Positions 40,301 through 50,748 of a DNA stretch of 64,000 nucleotides are shown piece by piece (position 1 is the first letter of the stretch; each line of letters begins with the position of its first letter). Location of the stretch: NCBI RefSeq assembly GCF_044704955.1, contig NC_091987.1, positions 77,252,001-77,316,000 on the forward strand. Reading direction: 5' to 3'. The translations under genes were made by a program, and so were the position numbers. The DNA comes from Pristiophorus japonicus. Taxonomy: Eukaryota. The notes under the pieces were generated by a model, which did not search any database, was not told the DNA's origin, and saw nothing but the letters and a program-made list of their open reading frames with translations.

Positions 40301-43300
40301 GCACTCTGGATAAGGGACTTCAATGTCCATAGACTGGCTGAGTAGCACCACTACATACAGAGCTGGCTGAGTCCTGAAGGATATAGCTGTCAGACTGGAC
40401 CTGCGGTGAGAGAATACCTACTTGACCTCATCCTCACCAATGTATCTGTCACAGATGCATCTGTCCATGATAGCATTGGTAGCCGTGACCACTGCACAGT
40501 CATTGTAGAGTCTTCACTGAGGACACCATCCATCGTGGTGTGTGGCATTCATCATCATCATCATCATCATAGGTAGTCCCTCGGAATCGAGGAAGACTTG
40601 CTTCCACTCCTGAAGTGAGTTCTTTGGTGGCTGAACAGTCCAATACGGTGGCACTACCACCGTGCTAAATGGGATAGATTCATAACAGATCTAGCAGCTC
40701 AAAACTGGGCATCCATCAGCAGCAGAATTGTATTCCACCACAATCTGTAACCTCAGAGCCCAGCATATCCCTCGCTCTACCATTACCATCAAGCCAGGGG
40801 ATTCTGGTTCAATGAAGAGTGTAGAAGAGTATGCCAGGAGCAGCACCAGGTGCATCTAAAAATGAGGTGCCAACCCGGGGAAGCTGCAACACAGGACTAC
40901 AAGCATGCTAAAAAGCATAAGCAGCTATAGACAAGGCTAAGCGATCCCACAACCAATGGATCAGATTAAAGCTCTGTAGTCTTGCCTCATCCAGTTGTGA
41001 ATGGTGGTGGACTATTTAACAACTAACGGGAGGAGGAGGCTCCATGAATACCACCATCTTCAATGATGGCGGAGTGTTTACAACCATCTTCAGCCAGAAG
41101 TGCTGAGTAGATGATCCATATCGGCCTACTCCTGAGGTTCCAACCATCACAGCCAATTCGATTCACTCCACACAAAGGCCATGAGCCCCAACAACATCCC
41201 GGCTGTTGTGAAAACTTGCCGCATCTCCAGCCAAGCTGTTCCAGTACAGCTACAACACTCCCATCTGTCCGATAATGTGGAAAACTGCCCAGGTACGTCC
41301 TGTCCACAAAAAGCAAGACAAATCCAATCCAGCCAATTACCACCCCATTTATCTACTCTCAATCATCTGCAAATTGATGGAAGGTGTCGTCAACAGTGCT
41401 ATCAAGAGGCACTTACTCACCGGTGCCCAGTTTGGGTTCTGCCAGGACCACTCAGCTCCAGGCCTCATTACAGCCTTGGTCCAAACATGGACAAAAGAGC
41501 TGAATTTCAGAGGTGAGGTGAGAAGGACTGCCCTCGACATCAAAGCAGCATTTGACTGAGTGTGGCACCAAGGAGCCCTAGTAAAACTGAAGCCAATGGG
41601 AATCAGGGGGAAACTCTGCATTGGCTGGAGTCATACCTAGCACAGAGGTCGTGGTCCACATCGGTACCAATGACATAGATAGGATGAGGAATGAGGTCCT
41701 GCAGGCAGAGTTTAGGGAGCTTGGAGAGAGATTAAAAAGCAGGACCTCAAAAAGGTAGTAGTCTCCAGATTACTCCCAGTGCCACGAGCTAGTGAGTACA
41801 GAAATAGGAGGATAGAGCAGATGAATTCGTGGCTGGAGAGATGGTGCAGGCGGGAGGGTTTTAGTTTCCTGAGGCATTGGGACCACTTCTGGGGGAGCTG
41901 GGACGTGTACAAGCAGAACGGGTTGCACCTCAACAGAACCGGGACTAATATCCTTGCGTGGATGTTTGCTAGTGCTGTTGGGGAGGGTTTAAACTAGCTT
42001 GGCAGGGGGATGGGAACCTGAAAATAGATTCAGTAGGGAGGGGAATAAAGCTGGATTAGAAAACAAAAATAAAGAAAGTGAGTTTGAAGGACAGAGGAAA
42101 CAAGGAAGAAAAAAGGGTAAAAAAAACAAACTTAAAAGGCACTTTATCTAAATGCATGGAGCATTTGTAACAAAATAGATGAGTTGACGGCACAAATTGA
42201 AACAAATGGGTATGATCGGATAGCCATTACAGAGACATGGTTGTAAGGTGACCAGGACTGGGAATTAAATATTCAGGGGTACTTGACAATCCAGAAGGAC
42301 AGACAGAAAGGAAAAGGAGGATGGGTAGCTCTATTGATAAAGGATGGAATCACTGCAATAGTAAGAAATTATATTGGCTCAAATGATAAGGGTGTTGAAG
42401 CAGTTTGGGTGGAGATAAGGAACAATAAGGGGAAAAAGTCACTGGTGGGTGTAGTTGATAGGCCCCCCTAACAGTAGAAACTCTGTTGGGCGGAACATAA
42501 ACCAGGAAATAGTGGGGACTTGTAAAAAGGGAACAGCAATAATCATAGGTGATTTTAACCTCCATATTGATTGGACAAATCAAATTGGTCAGGATAGCCT
42601 TGAGGAGGAGTTCATAAGAGTGCATAAGGGATGGGTTTCTTGAGCAGTATGTAACGGAACCAACCATGGGGCAGGCTATCTTGGATCTGGTCCTGTGTAA
42701 TGAGACAGGATTAATAAACAATCTCCTAGTAAAGGATCCCCTTGGAATGAGATGATAAGAACATAAATAGGAACAGGGGTAGGCCATACAGCCCCTCGAG
42801 CCTGCTCAGCCATTCAATGTCATGGCTGATCTGATCATGGACTCAGCTCCACATCCCTGCCCGCTCCCCATAATCCCTTATAATTAAGAAACTGTCAATC
42901 ATAGCATGATTGACTTTCAAATTCAGATGGAGGGTGAGAAAGTTGGATCTATAACCAGCGTAATAAGCTTAAATAAAAGGGTATGAGGGCAGAGTTGGCT
43001 AAAGTGAACAGGGAAAATAGATTAAAGTGTAGGACAGTTGATGAACAGTGGTGTACATTTAAGGAGATATTTCACAACTCTCAAGAAAAATATATTCCAG
43101 CGAGAAGGAAAGAGTGTAAAAGAAAAGATAGCCATCCGTGGCTAACTAAAGAAATAAAGGACGGTATCCAATTAAAAACAAGGGCATACAAAGTGGCCAA
43201 AACTAGTGGGAGGAAAGAAGACTGGGAAGCTTTTAAAAGTCAGCAAAGAATGACTAAAAAAATGATTAAGAAAGGGAAGAGAGACAATGAAAGCAAACTA

Positions 43301-46300
43301 GCACAAAATATTAAAACAGATAGCAAGAGTTTCTGTAGGTATATAAAAAGGAAAAGAGTGGCTAAAGTAAATGTTGGTCCCCCTAGAGGACGAGACCAGG
43401 GAATTAGTAATGGAGAACCTGGAGATGGCAGAAACTTTGAACAAATATTTTGTATCAGTCTTTATGGTAGAGGATACTAACAATATTCCAACAGTGAATA
43501 GTCAAGGGGCTATAGGGGGTGAGGAACTTAACACAATCACAATGGAGGTGGTACTCGGTAAGATAATGGGACTAAAGGCAGATAAATTCCCTGGACCTGA
43601 TGGCTTGCATCCCAGGATCTTGAGAAGTAGCAGCAGGGATTGTGGATGCGTTGATTGTAATTTACCAAAATTTCCTGGATTCTGGGGAGGTCCCAGCAGA
43701 TTGGAAAACTGCAAATGTAATGCCCCTATTTAAAAAAGGAGGCAGACAAAAAGCAGGAAACGATTGACCAGTTAGTCTAACATCTGTGGTTGGGAAGATG
43801 TTGGGAGTCCATTATTAAAGAAACAGTTGCAGGACATTTGGAAAAGCAAAATTCGGTCAGGCAGAGTCAACATGGATTTATGAAGGGGAAGTCATGTTTG
43901 ACAAATTTGCTGGAATTCTTTGACGATGTAACGAACAGGGTGGATAAAGGGAAACCAGTGGATGTGCTGTATTTGGACTTCCAGAAGGCATTTGACAAGG
44001 TGCCACATAAAAGGTTACTGCACAAGATAAAAGTTCACAGGGTTGGGGGTAATATATTAATTAGCATGGATGGAGGATTGGCTAACGAACAGAAAACAGT
44101 GAATCGGGATAAATGGTTCATTCTCGGGTTGGCAACCAGTAACTAGTGGGGTGCCGCTGGGACCCCAACTATTTACAATCTATATTAACGACTTGGAAGA
44201 AGGGACTGAGTATAACGTAGCCAAGGTTGCTAACTATGCAAAGATGGGAGGAAAAGCAATATGTGAGGAGGACACAAAAAATCTGCAAAAGGGCATAGAC
44301 AGGCTAAGTGAGTGGGCAAAAATTTGGCAGATGGAGTATAATGTTGGAAAGTGTGAGGTCATGCACTTTGGCAGAAAAAAAAATCAAAGGGCAAGTTATT
44401 ACTTAAATGGAGAAAGATTGCAAAGTGCTGCAGCACAGCAGGATCTGTGGGTACTTGTGCATGATTCACAAAAGGAAAGTATGCAGGTACAGCAAGTGGT
44501 CAGGAAGGCCAATGGAATCTTGGCCTTTATTGCAAAGGGGATGGAGTATAAAAGCAGGGAAGTCTTGCTACAGCTATACAGGGTATTGGTGAGGCCACAC
44601 CTGGAATACTGCATGTAGTTTTGGTTTCCATATTTACAAAAGAATATACTTGCTTTGGAGGCAGTTCAGAGAAGATTCACTAGGTTGATCCCAGAGATGA
44701 GGGGGTTGACGTGAGGAAAGGTTGAGTAGGTTGGCCCTCTACTCATTGGAATGCAGAAGAATGAAAGGTGATCTTATCGAAAAATATAAGATTATGAGGG
44801 GGCCTGACAAGATGGATGCAGAGAGGATGTTTTCACTGATGGGGAAGACTAGAACTAGAGGGCATGATCTTAGAATAAGGGGCCACCAATTTAAAACAGA
44901 TGAGGAGAAATTTCCTCTGAAGGTTGTAAGTCTGTGGAATTCACTGCCTCAGAGAGCTGTGGAAGCTGGGACATTAAATAAATGTGACAGAAATACAGAG
45001 TTTCTTGAACGATAAGGGGATAGGGCAGGTAATTGGAGCTGAGTCCATGATCAGATGAGCCATGATCTTATTGAATGGTGGAGCAGGCTCGAGGGGCCGT
45101 ATGGCCTACTCTGTTCCCATTTCTTATGTTCTTAAAGATGGTTGTGGTGGTTGGAGGTCAATCATCACTGCTCCAGGACATCACTGCAGGAGTTACTCAG
45201 GGTTGTAGCCTAGGCCCAACCATCTTCAGCTGCTTCATCAATGACCTTCCCTCCATTATAAGGTCAGAAGTGGGGATGTTCGCTGATGACTGCAGTGTTC
45301 AGTGCCATTCGCAACTCCTCAGATAAGGGAGCAGTTCATGCCCACAATCAGTAAGACTTAGACAACACCCAGGCTTGGGCTGAGAAGTGGCAAGTAACAT
45401 TCACGCCATACAAGTGCCAGGCAATGACTATCTCCAACAAGTGAGCGTTTAACCGCCCCTCGTCATTCAACAGCATTACCATCACTGAATTCCCCACCAT
45501 CAATATCCTGGGGGGGGGGGGGGGATAGGGGCGGGGTTGCCATTGACCAGAAACTTTACTGGACCAGCCACATAAATACTGTGGCAACAAGAGGTCAGAG
45601 GCTGGGTATTCTTCGGCGAGTATCTCACCTCCTAACTCCTCAAAGCCTTTCCACCATCTATAAGGCATAAGTCAGGAGCTTGATAGAATGCTCTCCACTT
45701 GCTCCAACACTGAAGCAGCTCCACACCATCCAGGACAAAACAGCCCGCCCATCCATCCTCTGATGTACCGTGGCTGCAGTGTCTACCATCTACAAGATCG
45801 TACATACTGCAGCAACTCACGAGGGCTTCTTCGGCAGCACCTCCGAAATCCGTGACCTCTTCCACCTTGAAGGACAAGGGCAGCAGGTGCATGGGAACAT
45901 CATGACCGCCCCTTTCCCCTCCAAGTCTCACACCATTCTGACTTGGAAGTATATCGCCGTTCTTTCATAGTCGCTGGGTCAAAATCCTGGAATCACCTTC
46001 CTAATAGCACTATAGATGTACCTTCACCACAAGGACTGCAGTGGTTCAATAAGGCGATTCACCACCATCTTCTCAAGGGCAATTGGGGATGGGCAATAAA
46101 TGTTGGCCTTGCCAGCGATGCTCACATCCCATTAATGAATGACAAAAAAATAATATACAGATTGTCTCCAGCGCAGATGGTGTAGCTTTCATATGGATGT
46201 GCACGTATACCACTGTCAACGTTTATGCTGCCTGTAAAGATACCTCAAGTAGAAACATTCTGGAATTACGTTGTGGAATACTATCACAGTAAAACACTTC

Positions 46301-49300
46301 AGGGTAGATTTTCCAAGGACCTTGCCTGTGCCGAGCTCACCCCAGTGTGATTTGCTGATAAATGTTCATGACATGCAAGGTGCAGCTTATGAGCAAGACT
46401 TGGAAAAGCTATCCTTTATTATGTTCATGTGAAATTTAACATAGACATTAAGCCATGCACCTGATAAATGAATTTAGGAATAAACCAACTTGTATCTTTT
46501 TTCGCCCCCCCAACAGAAACGAAGAGGCAAGGGAGGGAATGACATTTACCAGGTAGGAAAGAAATGATCAGAGTTGCTGTCTTCTGAAAAAGACATACGA
46601 ATGACATGCAAGCCAGTAAGCTGGCCTCCCATCTTCCACCCGACATAAACTTGAGCTCATCCAAAACTCCTGCCTATATCATAACTCGCACCAAATCACA
46701 TTCACTGGTCACCTCTGCTTGCTGACCTACTTTGGCTCCCGGTCTACCAACATCTTAATTTTAAAATTCTCATCATTATTTTCAAATCCCGCCAGGGCCT
46801 CGTCCCTAACATCATCCAGCCCTACAACCCTCCGAGATCTTTGTGCTGCTCCAATTCTGGCTTTTTGCGCACCCCCGATTTTAATTAATCCACCATTGGC
46901 AGCCATGCCTTCAGCTGCCTCGGTCCTAAGGTTTGGAATTCTCTCTTTAAACCCCTCTACTTCTTTCCTCGAAGACGCTCCTTAAAATCTACCTTTAACC
47001 AAGCTTTTGGCCATCTGTCCTAATGTCTCCTTGTATGGCTCGGTCAAAATTTGTTTAATAATGCTCACATGAAGCGTGTTGGGACGTTTTACTTTGTTAA
47101 AGACACTATAAATTGTTGCAGGTAGCATATACACAATCCTGGTAAAAATTGACACTCTTATACGATTGTTTCCGTAGGAACCCTCACAGGAAACCTATTC
47201 CACATGGATTCAAACCAGAAAACTTTAAAAACCCTCCGTATCTCCCACCGATATTAGAGGATTAAAAATACAAACACCTTAAACAAAGTACATTTCTGTG
47301 ATCTTGTGCTCATGGTGGGGTGACATGCCCAAGAGATTGGACGGTGGAAAATCAGGGCTTTGGGGGGCAATTTGCGCCATCATTGGGCGCCGTTCATTTA
47401 GTGCCTGGTGATTTTTTTGACGTAATTGGTCATTTGAAATTTTCCCCAGTTTTGGCATTAGCGGCAGATTTTTTTTGCCGTTGGTCTGTGTTGAAAAGGG
47501 ATTCGCGCTGTTTATGGCCATTTATGCCAGTTTCCCCAACAACTCTTTTTTTCAAAACGGCACAAAGACCGTGGCTATCTTTGTAAAAAAAGCCTACCTT
47601 AAGTTAAGGAAATTGGCGCTGGCCTGCTGCAATCCCAGGCCGAAGGTCCTCCACGCACCCAGCCCACTGCAATCCTGGGCCGAAGATCCTCAACTCACGC
47701 AGCCCATTGCAACCCCTGGTCGAATGGTTGCCCGCTCCCAGAATAAGTGTCTAATATCCCTTATTGGTGATCAGTATTTTCAGTTAATTTGGCATACAAA
47801 ACTACTTAATGTAAAATATTTAAGTGTTGATTTGTAGTTAAGAGTTGAGAGTGGGGGGCACGATGGAGGGGAAGGGGAAAGGAAATAAACATCCTAGAAA
47901 CATAGAAAATAGATGCAGGAGTAGGCCATTCGAGCCTGCACCGCCATTCAATGAGTTCATGGCTGAACATGCAACTTCAGTACCCCATTCCTGCTTTCTC
48001 GCCATACCCCTTGATCCCCCTAGTAGTAAGGACTACATCTAACTCCTTTTTGAATATTTTGTGAATTGGCCTCAACAACTTTCTGTGGTAGAGAATTCCA
48101 CAGATTCACCACTCTCTGGGTGAAGAAGTTTCTCCTCATCTCGGTCCTAAATGGCTTACCCCTTATCCTTAAGACTGTGACCCCTGGTTCTGGACTTCCC
48201 CAACATTGGGAACATTCTTCCTGCATCTAACCTGTCTAAACCCGTCAGAATTTTAAACGTTTCTATGAGTTCCCCTCTCATTCTTCTGAACTCCAGTGAC
48301 TACAAGCCCAGTTGATCCAGTCTTTCTTGATATGTCAGTCCCACCATCCCAGGAATCAGTCTGGTGAACCTTCGCTGCATTCCCTCAATAGCAAGAATGT
48401 CCTTCCTCAAGTTAGGAGACAAAAACTGTACACAATATTCCAGGTGAGGCCTCACCAATGCCCTGTACAATTGTGGTAACACCTCCCTGCCCCTGTACTC
48501 AAATCCCCTCGCTATGAAGGCCAACATGCCATTTGCTTTCTTAACCGCCTGCTGTACCTGCATGCCAACCTTCAATGACTGATGTACCATGACACCCACC
48601 TCACATTTATCCACATTATACTTCATCTGCCATGCATTTGCCCACTCACCTAACCTATCCAAATCACTCTGCAGCCTCATAGCATCCTCCTCGCAGCTCA
48701 CACTGCCACCCAACTTAGTGTCATCCGCAAATTTGGAGATACTATATTTAATCCCCTCGTCTAAATCATTAATGTACAATGTAAACAGCTGGGGCCCCAG
48801 CACAGAACCTTGCGGTACCCCACTAATCACTGCCTGCCATTCTGAAAAGTAGCCATTTACTCCTACTCTTTGCTTCCTGTCTGCTAACCAGTTCTCAATT
48901 CACGTCAGCACATTGTCATTCGTGTTATTACCTTGCACAATAACTCCTGCTGAATGTAAATAAAGGGGCCCTGAGCCATCATCAGTGCCTTTTCCATTGC
49001 CACAGAAGAATTTAAAGCAGGCTTTTTCCAACGCATGCGCAGCGATTTTTTTTAAAAAAAAAACAGCACATGCGCATTGATTTTTTTCAGCACATACAAG
49101 CTCCAGCCCCAGAATTATCTTCTGGTAGCACGCCGCTAAAAATAACTTCTGCTTTGTGGAAAGTGCTTTTTTTTTTGCGCAAACGGGGGGGGGGGGGGGG
49201 GGGGGGGAAACTTACGTTATCGTACGTGGGTGCCAGAAATAGTAAATGTGGAAAATCACAACCATAGTATATTTGACCCATATTCTCTGCGAGCATGGGT

Positions 49301-49493
49301 TTCCTGCAAGTCATCATGGAATTGCACTAGAGAAACATATATTGAGTAGAAAAGTTTTTCCCTTTGATACATGCAATTACCTAACAATTTCAGTGGAATT
49401 ATCTTGCAGGGACTGAGTACAGCTACACAAGATACATATGACCACCTGCAAATGCAGCAATTACCAGCTGTGCCTCCACCTCCTCGTCGCTGA
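13244..49493 (+). CDS. CD247: T-cell receptor CD3 zeta chain, exons 2-8 (5'-partial): join(13244..13347,14767..14835,34586..34675,37603..37644,39070..39126,46517..46552,49410..49493)
   Basis: Spliced translation (D)[159 protein letters not shown]. All introns are GT-AG and the frame stays open. The TM matches human [23 protein letters not shown], three ITAMs are present, and ITAM3 is nearly identical to human [15 protein letters not shown]. Confidence 0.96.
14767..14835 (+). CDS. CD247: CD247 exon 3, 69 bp (ends in first Tyr of ITAM1)
   Basis: Acceptor ttttattttgttttcaaag, donor CAA|gtaagt; [23 protein letters not shown]. Confidence 0.9.
14912..15925 (-). mobile_element. 5'-truncated CR1 LINE
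   Basis: [23 protein letters not shown]; acataagaacataagaa tail. Confidence 0.93.
16940..17917 (+). mobile_element. L2-clade LINE 3' fragment
   Basis: MYADDSQLY, NIGKTEAI, PITPVFTDLHWLPV motifs; tail aaaggtgctatataaatacaagttgttgttg. Confidence 0.85.
18105..18547 (-). mobile_element. tRNA-derived Deu-domain SINE (SacSINE1/AmnSINE1-like) with L2-type 3' tail
   Basis: On the minus strand: A-box gtggctcagtgg, B-box ggttcaagtcc, Deu core ctttcggatgagacgttaaactgaggcc..gtggacgtaaaagatcc, tail gtgctatataaatgcaagt shared with L2. Confidence 0.8.
18550..18980 (+). mobile_element. CR1 LINE 3' fragment
   Basis: FKTEMSRNFFTQKVVNHWNSLPQ plus CR1 3' UTR tail. Confidence 0.9.
19320..19600. repeat. CT-rich low-complexity/microsatellite tract
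   Basis: (CT)n and pyrimidine runs. Confidence 0.85.
20368..20817 (+). mobile_element. Non-autonomous bipartite RTE derivative (SINE-like)
   Basis: 20606-20745 resembles the RTE 5' UTR/ORF start (reverse complement of ~24535-24700); 20772-20817 matches the RTE 3' tail; 5' boundary approximate. Confidence 0.75.
21037..25805 (+). mobile_element. CR1 LINE 3' part (21037-21384 + 25246-25805) split by the RTE insertion
   Basis: tccaagtttgctgatgatacaaag..ttactgcaat resumes as tgtgtacagttttgg..YEERLNRLGLYSL. Confidence 0.88.
21384..25245 (-). mobile_element. Near full-length RTE-clade LINE (~3.9 kb), frameshifted
   Basis: APE start MKFGTWNVRTL..RPERRTAIVARELGR (24564); RT CGNYRGISLLS..PESQCGFRP, FFDLTKAFDTV; C-terminal QLRWAGHIVRMPDTRLPKQALYSEL; GC/CpG-rich; tail gagggactacctatgat. 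Confidence 0.93.
27933..28318. mobile_element. MITE-like non-autonomous element with imperfect TIRs and an internal perfect palindrome
   Basis: Left end gggttgggattttt..ggttttcagcgaaaac resembles the reverse complement of the right end; perfect 19-bp IR at 28260-28298. Confidence 0.5.
28357..28531 (+). repeat. 5' LTR (175 bp, TG...CA)
   Basis: tgtaatgtc...aatatatcaca followed by a degenerate PBS-like tttgccggcaagatggg. Confidence 0.9.
32876..33037 (+). repeat. 3' LTR preceded by polypurine tract
   Basis: PPT aaggagggagaag at 32863-32875; direct repeat of the 5' LTR with a damaged 3' end. Confidence 0.9.
33771..34508. mobile_element. GC-rich non-autonomous (MITE-like) element
   Basis: CpG-rich ends (ggcccagaaattt...aattccagc) around an AT-rich core; similar pieces at ~19610, 37050, 38100, 47340 and 48965. 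Confidence 0.4.
34586..34675 (+). CDS. CD247: CD247 exon 4, 90 bp (rest of ITAM1)
   Basis: Poly-T acceptor ending tacag, donor CGG|gtattt; [13 protein letters not shown] completes YQLL-x7-YAGL. Confidence 0.9.
37603..37644 (+). CDS. CD247: CD247 exon 5, 42 bp
   Basis: Acceptor tttttttccccccatcag, donor TCT|gtaagt; [14 protein letters not shown] (basic stretch + first Tyr of ITAM2). Confidence 0.88.
38685..38795 (-). mobile_element. 3' fragment of the Deu-SINE family seen at 18105
   Basis: acttgcatttat..cacctttca..gaagtacttttggagtgt..cactgttgtaat..gggaaacgcg aligns with 18108-18213. Confidence 0.75.
39070..39126 (+). CDS. CD247: CD247 exon 6, 57 bp
   Basis: Acceptor ttttgtttgcag, donor CAG|gtatga; [19 protein letters not shown] completes ITAM2 YSKL-x8-YGEL. 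Confidence 0.9.
40549..40627 (-). mobile_element. Extremely 5'-truncated RTE (~80 bp) with (TGA)n tail
   Basis: (cat)n aggtagtccctcggaatcgaggaagacttgcttccactc, identical to 21391-21432; flanked by gtggca on both sides (likely TSD). Confidence 0.85.
41648..45133 (+). mobile_element. Long CR1 LINE: 3' end of ORF1 (SGNH/GDSL esterase) + decayed complete ORF2
   Basis: VVVHIGTND and NGLHLNRTG esterase blocks; APE IAITETW, IIIGDFNL; RT; 3' tail ttcttatgttctt. Confidence 0.93.
42755..42897 (-). mobile_element. Short CR1 3'-tail insertion inside the long CR1
   Basis: taagaacataaatagg..gtaggcc..ctcgagcctgctc is the reverse complement of the CR1 3' UTR. Confidence 0.8.
46517..46552 (+). CDS. CD247: CD247 exon 7, 36 bp
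   Basis: Acceptor ttttttcgcccccccaacag, donor CAG|gtagga; [12 protein letters not shown] vs human RRRGKGHDGLYQ. Confidence 0.93.
46597..47120 (+). mobile_element. L2-clade LINE 3' fragment, starting ~45 bp after exon 7
   Basis: ctggcctcccatcttccacc..gctcatccaaaactc aligns with 17407-17460 and the L2 tail. Confidence 0.8.
47895..48913 (-). mobile_element. Young 5'-truncated CR1 LINE (same subfamily as 9876-11713)
   Basis: 176-aa RT ORF 48300-48830 with an in-frame internal deletion (KCEV|GVMVHQ); tagaaacatagaa tail. Confidence 0.94.
49410..49493 (+). CDS. CD247: CD247 exon 8 coding part, 84 bp incl. TGA
   Basis: Acceptor ttatcttgcag; [27 protein letters not shown] vs human [21 protein letters not shown]. 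Confidence 0.96.
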   Translation, partial: [27 protein letters not shown]

Positions 49494-50410
49494 GATTCTG
49501 GGATTGATATTGTAATACGAAGACAACCAACAGTGGAAAACCTGTAGGATTAACTCAATTCCACCAGCATAAAAGTTAATGCTAATTTGGAAATTGTTCC
49601 CAACAATGTTATTTACTTGCAAAATTCAACATTTAAAAAAAATGTATTACCTAGAAAAAAAATCACTAAAATAAGTAGTCTATAATAACTGTGCCAACAC
49701 CTGCAAGCTTATATGCCTCTGTAGATCATATTGTATTGGTTAGTACTTTTCAGGTAATACGAGAAAAGTAGGCTGAGCCTACACGAATGTTTGAAACAAT
49801 TATATTTTTTGTTGCACATTTGCATAGGACATAATGAAATGCTATGCTACACTGGAGCTGAAAATATTTAAAGTAAAGGTAACAAATATACCTAAATGGA
49901 ATATGCATTTAGAAAGATAAATAAATTCTAACAGTGCAAAATGGAAAGAATCGGCATTAAAGCAGAATTAGGGCTTTCAATCCAATATTGAAATCCATTG
50001 AAAGCATTTTTGGATTATTTGAGTTATTATACAGATAAAAACTATGTATATACTACTATAAATGCAAAGTAACAATCTTTTTAGTTGTAAACATTTTTCT
50101 AACTACCAATTGAATTAATTTACTTCAGTGTTATTGTCTGAAAATAGGTTGTTATAAAGTGTTGTGCAAGACAGGATGATGTTACCATGCAAATTCTAGT
50201 CTCGCTTTTCATGTTGCAACAGAAAATAAACTATTTAATTCCCTCCACTGTTAAACATTTAGGCTTTGAATTTGGCTTACAAAGTAACATTTTTTATATA
50301 TCCATTTTTTTTAAATGAATATGTATTTATTTAAAATTTGATGATAAATTATCAAGAATATTCAAAAACGCAGGAAAAGGATATGAATAAAGCCTTTGTA
50401 ATCACACAAG
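49494..50410 (+). other. Probable CD247 3' UTR
   Basis: AT-rich, repeat-free sequence after the stop; AATAAA at 49920, 50225 and 50386. Confidence 0.6.
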
Positions 50411-50440
50411 TGCTTTTCAGATTGTGTGCCTTTGTATTGC
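50386..50440 (+). terminator. Best candidate CD247 polyadenylation site
   Basis: AATAAA 50386-50391, CA dinucleotides ~13-18 nt downstream, then GT/T-rich tgcttttcagattgtgtgcctttgtattgc; repeats resume at ~50560. Confidence 0.55.
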
Positions 50441-50554
50441 ACCTGCCATTCAAAGAATCTTTGGCCAAATTTTATTGTAGTTGCCTATACATTCAATAAC
50501 CACTGCATAAATACAAGAAATGCAATGGCTACTTAGCTCATGTGTGATAGTTAT

Positions 50555-50748
50555 ATTTTTTTAACGCAGCGAGTTATAATGATCTGGTGGAAGCAGATTC
50601 AATAGTGACTTTCAAAAGCAATTCGATTTATATTTAAAAAGGAAAAATTTGCAGGGTAAAAGGGAAATAGTACTAATTGGACGTCTTTCGGATGAGACAT
50701 TAAACCGAGGCCCCGTCTGCCCTCTCAGGTGGACGTAAAACAATCCTA
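50555..50748 (+). mobile_element. Fused CR1 3' fragment and Deu-SINE core fragment
   Basis: ttttttaacgcagcgagtt..gtggaagcagattcaatag followed by gtctttcggatgagacattaaaccgaggccccgtctgccctctcaggtggacgtaaaa. Confidence 0.7.

Larger units (their letters stand above)
39487..46150 (+). mobile_element. Single-ORF CR1/L2-group LINE with tRNA-like 5' head (39487-41647 + 45134-46150)
   Basis: A/B-box head; APE KVLLTNIWGL..QPDIIIL; RT WKTAQVRPVHKK..PANYHPI..ALDIKAAFD, resumes as TQGCSLGPTIFSCFINDL..MFADD; A-rich tail at 46143. Confidence 0.85.
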
